Origin: Octopus bimaculoides | Lineage: Eukaryota | Reading direction: 5' to 3' | NCBI RefSeq assembly: GCF_001194135.2 | Contig: NC_068998.1 | Span: forward strand, 55,419,003 to 55,483,002 | DNA length: 64,000 bases | Shown: positions 23,501 to 35,760 of the stretch, piece after piece | Numbering within the stretch: the stretch's first letter is position 1 | Layout: every line of letters begins with the position of its first letter | Notes under the pieces: generated by a model | The model's input: the letters and a program-made list of their open reading frames with translations, nothing else | The model's database searches: none | What the model was told of the DNA's origin: nothing | Translations under genes and position numbers: made by a program

Positions 23501-26500
23501 ATGCATTGAAAGAGATTTCATTTTTGACATGGTTGCTCTTCCTAACACTCATGTTACAGAATGCTCTGAGTGCATCTTATTGTAACACCACTACTAGAAA
23601 AGTTGTCACATCCTTGGCAAAACTAAAAGGAACTTCTGAGCCTATGTCATCTGCACTTGTTCACCAACCATTTGCCAAAGTGTACTAGATGCATTTTATC
23701 ATGACATCAGCACTAATAAGGTTTCCATGTACCTCACATGAGTAAAGAGACTGCTCTACTTTATGTTGTTCATGGCAACATGACCAGCAGGGTGAATAGA
23801 AGGTGATGAGAGAAGATGAGATAGGATGAAAGCAATGTGACTATGATGGAAGAAAGAGGGCCAGTGGACTGAGGTGGTGGAAGGGGTGAGGATAAAATGC
23901 TAGGAAGAGTCAGCAGTAAAGGCAGTGAGTAATGAGAGAGAGGAAGTGATGGTAATTACATGTATGCTGGTAAGGGAGGGGCAATAACAAGTGACATGAA
24001 GGAGAGGGAGTGGTGAACAGTAGTACAAAAAGGGAGAAAGTAGGGTGCACTGGCTAAAAAGAACTGATCTGATACTCTCCCTCATTACACAAGCATGGAG
24101 ATGGAGGAGAGAGGCAGAGTAACAAAGATGGGGTAGGGGAAGGAATTGAAATATCACTGTCAACCAGCAAAACTTCTAAGTTACTGTCTTCATTTTCCTT
24201 GCAAAATTAAATCCCATATTCTCCCTGGGCCTCACGAAGGTGATGACAAGTGACCGAGACCTTTGGAGATTTGCTGTGCTTGAGAAGACCCATCAAGCCA
24301 AGTGAGACCATAACCATGGCCTATGCCAGTGCAGCATAACCAGCCCATTTAAGAGTACTCTTCAATTATTGGACGGCTTGTGAAGACCTGTTGAGTCAAG
24401 TGAAGTCATTGGCATGGCCAATGACAATACTGCCTGATTGGCAGCGATTATCATCATCATCCATTAAAGTGAAAAGAATTTGCGTTTTACTTGTGTTTGC
24501 CTTAAACAATCGTAAATAATACCATTTCATGAGAAACAAACATTAATGATTAATGCTATAAAGTTTAATAAGGGGCTCAAATTTCACCCCCTCACCCAAT
24601 TTTAGATTTTGAACTTTTCATCCATTTATTTATCTATCTGTCTGTCTATTTATCCCTGTCCGTTTACTCATAAAATATATTTGTCAACTAAATGTGGTGG
24701 TCCTATAGAAGACGGTGTTACTGTTGTTTTTAGCCCCAGGAAGACACATCTATCTAATCTCTTTATACACATATCTATATGCTTATTGAATTTAAAATTT
24801 TGAAAACGTGGTTTCTTGTATATTCGGAATTTCTGTCATCTAAAACATAGGGGAAAAAATTTCAAACAGGAGGGAGAGTGGTGGTGGGGTTAGAATTTTT
24901 TTTTTTTTTTGCATATTTGTAAGCTCTGACATCTAAAATGTAAGAATCCGAAAAAAGATTTTCAAAAGAATGCATTTTTGAAGGATAGATGCGAAACTGC
25001 ATTAGCCTCACATATATATTGAAATATGTATATTAAAACTGAGATATGTTCATGTTAAAAAATACAGGAAGTTAATGAATGTAAGGAGAAATCTACAAGA
25101 GAGACAGCCTAGATACTTCAAACTTTAACAGAGCTTTTTAAAGAATACAAGCATTCCAGCTCTCTTGACAAACAAACATGTGAGGGAAAGGAAAGAGATT
25201 CTATGATAAATAAGGTCAGAGTACTTAGGATACACCCATAATACAATTTAATAATGGCAAAACAAGGGAGAAACTTATACTACATTTGAAATGTAAGTGG
25301 GTGGAAAAAATATTCAGAATAACAGCCAACTAGAAGTAATCTCTTACCAAAATGAAACTGGAAAAACAATTTCACACTATACATAAAAACAAAATACTTT
25401 GAAAAGTCAGAAAGTATTCTAACTTTTCCAAAATTGCCTGCACTGGAATTTTATTAAGAAATATATATATATATATATAAAAAAGAGATAAATGAAAAAT
25501 AAATAACTTTTTATATTTTTACAAGATAGAGCAGTGGTTTCCAAAGTGGACAGTATTGCCCCATGCGGGGTGGGGGTGGGGGTGGGTTCCAAGGGGCCAC
25601 TGAAGATGATTGTGGTGATAATGGGGTAGTGATTCATGTAAAAAGAACAAAATAATGGTTAAGTTTTATTTGTGAAATACAGTTGCTTTGAATTTGCTTC
25701 AGAAAGAGGTTTACGTTTGTGAGGATTAGTTGGAGTGGGCGTGCTAGGAGTGTAGCCAGGATGTCAAGGGAGGGAATAAGTTGATTACGTTGACCCTAGA
25801 GCTTAACTGATACTTATTTTATCAACCCAAAAGGATGAAAGGCAAAATCAACTTCAGTGGAATTTGAACTCAGAATATAAAACTGGATGAAAAACCATTA
25901 AGCACTTCGTCTTACATGTTAATGTTTCTGGTAATGTTGTTGTTGAAGATGAAAATCCTTGCTGACTACACCTATATCAAAGGTAATAAATTAAGACTGT
26001 ATCTCCCAAGAACTTGAATGAAATTTCAAACAAGTAAAATCTAAATCTAAGGCAGCAGCAAAACTAGATATCAGCTATGAAGATATGTCATTACATGAGC
26101 AATAATTCTGCAAACTGAATTTTCCAAACATTAAAAAAAAAAAACTGATTCTGGCCCAAATAAACAAACGCAGACTAAACAAGGCAATGGGGCAACAGAA
26201 ATAGCATTTTCATAAAAGAGACCATTACCATGAAACAGAGAATTATCTAGAATTTCTCTAAAATCATAAATATGATATATGTGGTATATTTGGTGGAACA
26301 ATAACTTACATTGTGTTAGGATATCCACATTTGGCTCTCACCACCACATACATCTTGAGATACAACATAGCAAAGTTACTCTATGTATGTCTGGCAGCTC
26401 AAGTTTGACTTTTAAATGAAAAAGTTCTGTGAGATACATACCAGTCTCCACTTGTCTTAGAAAAGTTACTTTGGAACATTGTATATAGACAAACATGAAA

Positions 26501-27135
26501 AAGGTGCATAAATAACCAACATAACAAATAACCCACATATTGCCCAGAAGTGAATTAAAGGTAGACATGTATCCATCATTCTGTTGGCAATTGATACAAA
26601 CGGAATGATATACAACCACATCAGTAAAAATAAACATAAGGACAGACAATACAGCAACAGATATTTCAGAAAATAGTAATACCAGGATTTGTAAATCTTA
26701 AAGTTTTCCCACAAAGTATTTGTTAATCTTGAAGATTTCTATACATAAGTTTCCAAAATATACCTGTCTTTTCAATATAAGGGAAACTTGATACTTTTAT
26801 CTCTCAAACCATAAATAATAGGTAATAATAATGATGATGGGGATGGGGGTGGGTGTTTTTTCCCCACATTAATAGAAGGCCACAGATTTGTATGGAAGAA
26901 ATGAAAAGTGAAGTTGTGTAATACTGAGTAACAAATTCAGAAGAATTGGAAGGACATAGCAAATATCTTAGGAAAATAAACAAAACAGAAATAGAAAAAC
27001 CAGAGTCTCAATAGAGACAAAGAGGTTGATTAGTTACGCTAACATTAGCGGTTTCATCGTAATATTCTGTCAGAGATTAAAGCCATAACAGACCTATAAA
27101 GAAAGATGTGCAGAAAATATGAAAGAATAACTGAC

Positions 27136-27153
27136 CATCTTATGTTCAGACAT
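27136..27153 (-). CDS. TMOD: Candidate alternative first coding exon of Tmod (MSEHKM|gtcagt)
   Basis: ATG TCT GAA CAT AAG ATG followed by G|GTCAGT-type donor; in-frame TAG upstream; phase 0 compatible with the 10061 acceptor. Confidence 0.45.
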
Positions 27154-27521
27154 CACGTTCTACCAACAACAGAATATATCAACTAACAACAAAGTATCAG
27201 CATTTCTGCATTGAAACATTTTCAGAAACATAAGATAAAATCAACAGAGAAATGGTACAAACACCAAACACCCAGCCACTGAAAATGAAAAGGTCACTCT
27301 CTCATAGAATACACAAATATCGAAGCAGATAAAGCAATTGATGCCAAGAAGTGAAATATTGTTATGGAAAATGAAAAGAAAAAGAAAGATTTTTATTGAC
27401 ATGGCCTTATGATTAACAAGAAACAACTGTGTGTGAAAACACACCTACTAGAAACTGAAATGAGAAAATATGTGAATATAATGAGATAATTACTACCATT
27501 GGTTATATGCATATTAGAACT

Positions 27522-27605
27522 AGAGAGAGAGAGAGAGAGAGAGAGAAAGATAGAGAGAGAGAGAGAAAGAGAGAGAAAAAGAGAGAGAGAGAGAGAAAGA
27601 GAGAT
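27522..27605. repeat. (GA)n microsatellite
   Basis: Direct reading; other (TG)n, (TA)n and (GA)n tracts occur at about 4568, 29452, 31575-31700, 35183, 55670 and 57928. Confidence 0.95.
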
Positions 27606-27894
27606 TTCAAAGGGTAATAAATGGAAACATATACTTTTAACACTACAACATGTTTATATTAGATTTTGCATTTAGTAGAAACAATATAGTTAATAACAAC
27701 AGCAACAATTGTTTCTAATTTAAGAATGAAGCCAGCAATTTTAGGAGGAGATCAGTTGATTGTATGAGTATTAGGTACTTGACTGGTTCCTTATTTTATC
27801 AATGCTGGAGGGATGAAAGGGAAAGATAAGATATAATTGAATATAGTGACAGCAGTATATGACAACATACTTTGTCAAATAATAATAAATAATA

Positions 27895-28050
27895 ATAATA
27901 ACAATAATAACAATATCGAAAATTACCTTAGGAATGAGAACCCAGGTTCGAAATTTCCCCAAGACACCTGATGAAGGCTGGAGAATATATCAGCCGAAAT
28001 GTTGTGTCAACAACAAACAAGATGGAGACAAATATTCGTCAAATGTAAGT
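27895..28050 (+). mobile_element. Penelope-like element terminal fragment
   Basis: Contains a minimal hammerhead core (next feature) in a short repeat-like segment between SINE fragments. Confidence 0.6.
27963..28008 (+). ncRNA. Minimal type-I hammerhead ribozyme motif (Penelope-type)
   Basis: GACAC-CUGAUGA-A-GGCUG-(10-nt loop)-CAGCC-GAAA-U-GUU-GUGUC: 5-bp stem I, 5-bp stem II, intact core, essentially no stem III loop. Confidence 0.7.
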
Positions 28051-29448
28051 AATGTATATTTTATCAAATTCAGAAAAATGAAAGCCCTAGCCAACGCCAG
28101 AGATTCAAACTCAGAACATAATGGTTCATAGCTAAATACACAAGGTATTTTGGTTGACAATGTAACTTTGGAGAGGCAAAAACAAATTTGCCACTAAGGA
28201 GATAAACTATGTGAAAGACTAAAAAAAACAAAAAAAAGAAAACAGGATTATCAGTTCAAAGAAATAAACATCTACCACAAATTATTTAAATATTTGTGAA
28301 ATGCATTCAAATTAATGAAAATTAACTTATTTAGATGAGACTAAAGAATCATCTAAAAGCAATTTTGTTGGAAATAGAAGGGAAATGCTAACATTCACTG
28401 TTGTTAACAGGTGGTACAAATAACAAAAATTATTCTAAGCAAAAAGAAAAAATAGAATTTAAGTAATTTAATCTTGTCTAAAATTAGAGAATACAATAAT
28501 AAGGTAACCACTTGTTTATCATCAGATATTGGTGCCATATTCTTAACTAATCAAAGAATGACTCATGCAAAACACACACAAATTAAAACTCTTGCAGGCA
28601 ACTGTGTATCTTCATACAATTGCAGAGAGTTAATAATCATTGATTTTCTAGTTGTTATAATTTGTAACTGTAAATCCCTTTCATAAATGAATCTGTTATG
28701 TATCGTGTTTTCAAATATATCATATTTTCTACCTTGTTTTAGAGAGAATCTAAAAAGAGAATAAAACTTTGTTTTCATAAAATGATTCAAGAGAAGAAAC
28801 ACGGTCATTTACTGAGGTGTATCTAAACTAATGAAATATTCATTATTTACATAACAACCCTATTGTTTACAATAGTGAATTGTAACTTCCCAACTCTATA
28901 CAGCCAGATATATTGGATCTCTATGAGTCAAATGTCTCAATCAGAAACACCACAGCAATATAATTAACTGAAAAACATCAACATTTCCACACCCTAGCTG
29001 TAATTAACAACACTGAAAAAAAAAAATTCAAAACCCATTAATAGATTAGTAATAATTTATAACCTAATTCTCCATAATTTTGTCATCTTTGGGGTGTCCT
29101 TTTCGAAAGCTATTTTACTCTGTCTAGTCTTGTTGTTAACTTTCTAGTTCAAGATAAGGAAGGCAGCACCTAGAATAATTAGATTGATGAAGAATATTTC
29201 CTTCCAACATCTATCATTCAGAATACTTCAAATACTCAGTGTGTTTCTGTATGTCTTTCTTTCAACATAGAGACAACGCAATGCAACATAGCTTCAAAAA
29301 CACACACAAAAAAAAAGAAGAAAAATCGCTATATAACAATATAGTTATTTTTGTGTTGTGTGTGTCTGTATGTTTCTGTGTCTCTCTCAACATAGACACA
29401 ATGCAACACACTTCAAGAAAAAGAATTTCACAATAATGACTGGCTGTT

Positions 29449-29492
<44 letters not shown>

Positions 29493-30724
29493 NNNNNNNN
29501 NNGAAAGAGAGAGAGAGAAAGAGAGAGAGTATGTGAAAGATGAAATTAAAATTTGTTTCAAGAAAAAAGAACAGGCTGTTGTGACAGTTGTCACCATAGT
29601 AACTAATGATACTGTCACTATATACCAGTTTAGTATTAAAAGAAGGTACATGCATGATTAACGACTATTTTTACTGAGAGTGTAGTAATGGATAGAGACC
29701 TAGTAATAACTAAACACAAATATTAGTTGCTTAGAGTCATTTTGACACAAATTACACATTAGTCATTTGCAATGAGGGCAAAAACATGTTGAACAACTTA
29801 ATCATAAATGTCATAAAATCCATAAGTATAAAAAAACCATATGAATATTTTATATCTCCTATCAAGTACATGGTAAACCAATAATTTTTCCTGAAGATGA
29901 GACCATCAGTTCTTCAATTACATATGCCCGAACCCAGTTGAAATATCAGTGTTCTGAGATAGAAGATATTGACTATTCACTGATAATCAATATTGTTATC
30001 TGAGAAAGTAGGCTTATATAAGTGCTTAAAAGCTACAGAAAATTTAGCATACATACATCTTTACGGTTCAATGTCAGTTTGACCAGTCACCTGACAAACC
30101 TTTCCATAAAGTTGATGGAATATTAGTTGGCTCTGTATGTACTTAGAGTGAATGCACACATTCTTAGGACAGAATAGGTTTGCGGAAAAGTGTTTACATA
30201 TTTTATTGTATTTATGGAGCAAAATGCTTGTTTAAACTAGTTGCTTTTTTGTCATATCCAAGTACTTCATTATGAAATGTTATATATTTTTGAATGAGAT
30301 CAGCAATTCTGAAATCTTTTAAACTTTGTGCTTCATTCACAATCAAACAAAAAAATTACTGGTACACTTTGTGTAGAAGATTTTTTAAAATTATCATCTA
30401 AGGTTAAAAATACAGAAAAAAAAAAAAAAAAACAAACTATTGTCTAGCTTGCTTCATTAATCATACTTGTGTATAGCAAAATTATAAATAACATAGTTTT
30501 CAAAACATTCAAGTATTTATATAGATTTTCTTAAGCTATAAATTGTCTTTTTCGAGTCCCAAGCACACCACTTCAGAACCACTGCCATAGATAATGTATA
30601 ATAAAAATAAATAACAAACACGTCACCTTAGATATCTACATTGTTAACTTCAGAAATTCACAAAGATATCAACATTCATACTGAATGTGCAATACAAGAA
30701 TATTAAAGGAAGGCATATGTTCTA

Positions 30725-31232
30725 TCCTTAAGGGAGGTAGCAGAGGAGACAGGGCAGATGCTAAAAGCTACAAACATACATGTCCCTCTAACTTCCTATA
30801 TCAGCAAAGTCATGGAACAGATTGTCAGGAGGAAACTGATTGTGTTCCCTGAAGATAATGACTTGCTCCCTGACACCCAGCATGACTTCCTTACACAGCT
30901 TGTGCAACATCATGACTGGGTGTTGAAACAATGAATTGCTCAAATGTGGATGTGATGTATCTCGATTTTGCAAAGGTTTTTGATAAGATTGATCGTGGGA
31001 TGATATGTCACAAGTAATGGGGACTCAGCATAGTTGGAAAACTGGGAGAATGGTTGCATGACTTCTTAAAAGACAGAAGCCAGGCTGTGACAGCCAATGG
31101 AGCCCTCTCCAAGGAGACTGTAATAGCAAGTAGAGTGCTTCAAGGAAGTGTATTGGAGCCACTGTTGTTTACAGTGGCTCTTTCAGACATGCCATCAGTT
31201 ACACAGACAACCACACTTACTGTGGTAGCCAG
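30725..31232 (+). mobile_element. CR1-clade LINE reverse transcriptase fragment (degenerate)
   Basis: Reads LTSYISKVMEQIVRRKL…DTQHDF…DVMYLDFAKVFDKID…WLHDFLKDRSQAVTANG…LQGSVLEPLLF. Confidence 0.9.
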
Positions 31233-31359
31233 ATATATATATATATATATATANNNNNNNNNNNNNNNNNNNNNNNNNNNNNNNNNNNNNNNNNNNNNNN
31301 NNNNNNNNNNNNNNNNNNNNNNNNNNNNNNNNNNNNNNNNNNNNNNNNNNNNNTATATA

Positions 31360-31570
31360 TCATCATTGTTTAATGCCCGTTTTTCATGCTGACATGGGTT
31401 GGACAGTTTGACTGAGGTTTGAAGAGCGAGTGGTTGCACCAGGCTCCAATCTGATCTGGCAATGCTTGTACACCTGGAGGCCCAAAACTTGAAAGGTGCC
31501 TTTTATGTGTCACCAGCACAGGTGCCAGTTACATGACACCAGCACCAGCCATGACTACAATTTCACTTGG
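31360..31570 (-). mobile_element. RTE-X-like LINE 3' UTR/tail fragment
   Basis: Reverse complement of the tail shared with 2580-3796 (catgggttggacagtttgactgagg…ccaggctccaatctgatctggc). Confidence 0.75.
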
Positions 31571-31574
31571 CTTG

Positions 31575-31705
<131 letters not shown>

Positions 31706-33519
31706 CACACACAAATACATATATACTTATACACAAATACGTATATACACATGCATTTACACATATATACATACACACACACACTGTCTACTATTGACGA
31801 TTTCTCAGCTGACCCTGCTCCTACACATGGATTGTTTTGACATGGAAGAAATATTGACATTATTTTGCTTTCACACAGTTGAAATACTATCCATGTTTAT
31901 GAGCAAGAAGTAAGTTTCATCAGGTTTTTCAAGGTACATATAAATCTGAAGTTTCGAATTTGTATCTAATGTCACACAGCATAAAAGACTTCACTCTCTC
32001 CCACCTACCAATTATTCAGAATTCTTCATCCAAAATAGATCAGTTAATATCTTTCTATTTATCCATCATTTCCCTACTTCCAGCATAACAGATTACTTTT
32101 AAATTGTTTATTTGTTCCTCTTAGAACTGACTTAACAATATTCAGTGTCCATCTACACATAGTACTACCGCATGGGAGAAATATATACGTAAAAAAAAAG
32201 AAAGAAAAATAAGAAAAGAAAAAACACATTTAAACTTAAGAAGAAATGATATTACTATGCAGCTATTGCAAACTTGTATAAACTGAAATGAAGACAGATA
32301 GGCAAGTTGCGTAAATACATCAACACTAACAAACTACACAAAAACAATAATGTAGTTTTGTATGAAAGGTATTATCTGGGTTGTTTAATAAACACTGCTT
32401 GATAGTGAATTGTTCTTCACAAAATGAGAAAGGTTATCTATACATTCAAAGGTATTCCAAAATTATTAACTGTCATGGCATTTCTGCAACTATTAATATC
32501 TTTTAGAAATATCATATCACAGGCCTATACAGATGGAAAAAAAGGTGTAGACATAAATGAAATCAGAGAGGTCTAAATTAAGAAAACAATGAGATATCAA
32601 ATTGCTTTGGTTGTATGTAAGTAAGGTTTCATTTCACCATTTTACAAACAATGGTATTGTTTTATATTGAAAGTGTTTCAAACAATATAACTAAGAGGGA
32701 AACATCTCTGGGGTGTGTTCTGCATATCAAATACAAATATAATAGAATCATACTAAAGACACGACTCAATTCATTTACAGTCCAAAAATGGATTGGGTCT
32801 GGTCCAAAAACTTCAATAAACTCAGATTATTGGACTTATCTCTCTTGGTTATTGTCTTCAGATTTTAAATACTTCAATAAGTAGTTTTTGTTTACTAATT
32901 ACTTGGATATCCTAGTGCCAAAATTTAGCAAGAATATTGCAGACATGAGACCCAACCATATTTCTATAACATAGATGCCTTCCTTATATTATGACTACTT
33001 CATCTAGATTCAATATTCAAGTTAATGTTTAAGGTTCTACAAGAAGCAATCAAATGTTCAATAACAGTGAGTCACAAGTCATGTGACCTGTAAGAAAAAG
33101 CAAATCTCTCTCAAGCCACACTCAAGTATTAAAAAAAGAACACATTCAATAATGTAGGCTGGAGTAGAGTCTCTCTGAAAAAAGAAAAAGACAGAAGGGT
33201 CATGGCTGGAATGCATTTGATCGTAGGTCTTAAATTGGGGCTGACTTGAACCTAAACAACAACAGCAACAACTAAGCAATTAAAACCCACTGCTATAAAG
33301 GGACTGATACGATTTGTAAATCAATAAAAATATAATCCATATAAATATATTTAACATCACTCCTTGACCACTGGGTGCCTTTAACGGGGCAGTCCACTCT
33401 GTTGCAAGCAAAAGGGCAGTGTCCATGAAAAAAGTCATGAGCACTGCCCTTCTTCTTGCCTAAACGATTATAAAGAATTAATTGGATTTCACATTTTTTG
33501 ACAAAATAGTTTTACTTTG

Positions 33520-34810
33520 TCATCATCATCATTTAACGTCCGCTTTCCATGCTGGCATGGGTTGGACGGTTTGACTGAGGACTGGCGAGCCAGTGGCTGC
33601 ACCAGGCTCCAATCTGATCTGGCAGAGTTTCTACAGCTGGATACCCTTCCTAATGCCAACCACTCTGAGAGTGTAGTGGGTGCTTTTACATGTCACTGGC
33701 ACGAGGGCCAGTCAGGCAGTACTGGCAACGGCCATGCTCAAAATGGTGTTTTTTACGTGCCACCTGCACAAGACCCAGTCCAGCAGCACTGGCAATGACC
33801 TTGTTCGAATGTTGTCTTTCACGTGCTACCAGCACAAGTGCCAGTAAAGTAACGCTGGTAAATGATCACAAATGAATGGTCCTTTTTAAGTGTCACCGGC
33901 ACGGGAACCAGTCATGTGGTGCTGTCATCAAATTTGATTTCGATTTCACATACCTCAACAGGTCTTCGCAAGCAGAGTTTAGTGTCCAATGAAGGAAAGG
34001 TAAGCATAAGTGGGCTTGTTACACCATTGGTATAGACCACAGGTTATGGTCTCACTTGGCTTGCCTGGTCTTCTCACGCACAGCATATTTCCAAAGGTTT
34101 CGGTCACTAGTCATTGCTTCGGTGAGGCCTAATGTTCAAAGGTCATGCTTCACCACCTCATCTCAGGTCTTCCTGGGTCTACTTCTTCCACAGGTTCCCT
34201 CAACCACTAAGGTGCGACACTTTTTCACACAGCTATCGTCATCCATTCTCGCCACATGACCATACCAGTGCAGTCGTCTCTCTTGCACACCACATCTGAT
34301 GCTTCTTAGGTCTCACTTTTCCCTCAAGGCACTTACACTCTGTCGAGTATGCACGCTGACATTACACATCCAGCGGAGCATACTGGCTTCATTCCTTGGG
34401 AGCTTATGCATGTCCTCAGTAGTCATGGCCCATGTTTCACTGCCATGTAGCATGGTTGTTCGTACACATGCGCCATACAGTCTACTCTGAGTGAGAGGTC
34501 CTTTGTCGCCAGAGCCCTCTGACCTTTGCCCAGGCTTTTCTTATTCTAGCAGCTGCACTCTCAGAGCACCCTCCCCGGCTACTGACTTGGTCTCCTAGGT
34601 AATGGAAGCTATCAATTACTTCTAGTTTTTCTCCTTGGAATGTGGCAAAAGTTGTTCTCTGCACATTTTCAGTGTTTATTGCTCCTGAGCATCTGCCGCA
34701 TACAAAAACTATCTTCCCAGTTAGCCTTCCTTTGATATTACTGCACCTCTTATGTGTCCATAGCTTACACAGATCAAGCAGGGCCATCTACCTGAAGGGA
34801 TTTGTCGATC
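33520..34810 (-). mobile_element. 5'-truncated RTE-X-like LINE
   Basis: (ATC)n tail at 33520; ORF 34482..34787 (CKLWTHKRC…FVCGRC…FHYLGD) homologous to the 22.4-23.5 kb copy. Confidence 0.88.
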
Positions 34811-35177
34811 AGCTCATATTGTTGAGGTTCTTGTTGAAGATGTCAAAATGCTCCAACAGGTGGTGTGTTGTGTTTCAACTTCCTACTTCAGTCTACACAA
34901 CTCAAATGAGTCAAAAAGGCAATGGTTTGAGGAGTGGACAGCTAGAAATAGTAATCAAATTGAATTTGTTTGAATATGAATTTTCCTAAATCTCAATCCC
35001 ACTTTTCCACTTAAGAAACAAAAAGAAAAGTATTTTCAGGTGATTTATCGCTACTACATCTTTTGTATGCACGACAGACATGTATAACTATATCTTATTT
35101 GCATTAGTAATTACATTCTCATCCTGGCATTTAAAATTTTCGGAAAGTGAAACAACTAATGTTTTCAAATGCAAGCG

Positions 35178-35224
<47 letters not shown>

Positions 35225-35549
35225 CACTTAAAATGCAACGGAATATATTTACATAGGAGAAAAAATAGGGGGGTGGGGTTGGAGTTGTAATTAGCCTAAT
35301 CTTAACCTGCTTCGAACTGAAAAAATAATTTCAATTTTCTAGTTTAAAAAAAAAATTGCTGATTTTGAATGCCTAGTGTTCAAAATAGAAACCTGAAGGA
35401 TCAAATCAGCACCATTCCTCAATCGGTGGACACAACCAAATCCACTCACAAAGGCTTTGGTCGGTCCGATGCTAGAGCAGGAGACACTTGCCCAAGGTGC
35501 CATCTCATTAAATCTTCCTCAAGACAAGCCCTACTGTCTTTAAAAAAAA

Positions 35550-35760
35550 GGAAGACCATATTCGATGATGTGTGTCTGCAGAAAAGACGAATTAGTCACG
35601 ACTTGAATGACTTTGACCTGCAACTAAACAACGATTGTACGTCAGTGTGCAGAGCAGAATCGTGAGCGAGGTGGCGGCAAGGAGTTGGACTAACAGCATG
35701 CTGTTGCAGGTTTGTTCGATCAGTACCGACTAGGTTTAAACAACAGATAGTCGATCTATA
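35550..35760. promoter_or_regulatory. Non-repetitive CpG-rich segment, candidate promoter or 5' exon region of Tmod
   Basis: Abrupt visual rise in CpG dinucleotides compared with the CpG-poor 1-35 kb gene body; no TE similarity recognised. Not quantified. Confidence 0.3.

Noticed and set aside
26466-26714. 82-aa hydrophobic ORF resembling a two-TM microprotein
   Set aside because: Hydrophobic ORFs of this size arise by chance in T-rich DNA; no recognisable motif. The nearby GTATGT donor (about 26440) gives no in-frame join to Tmod.
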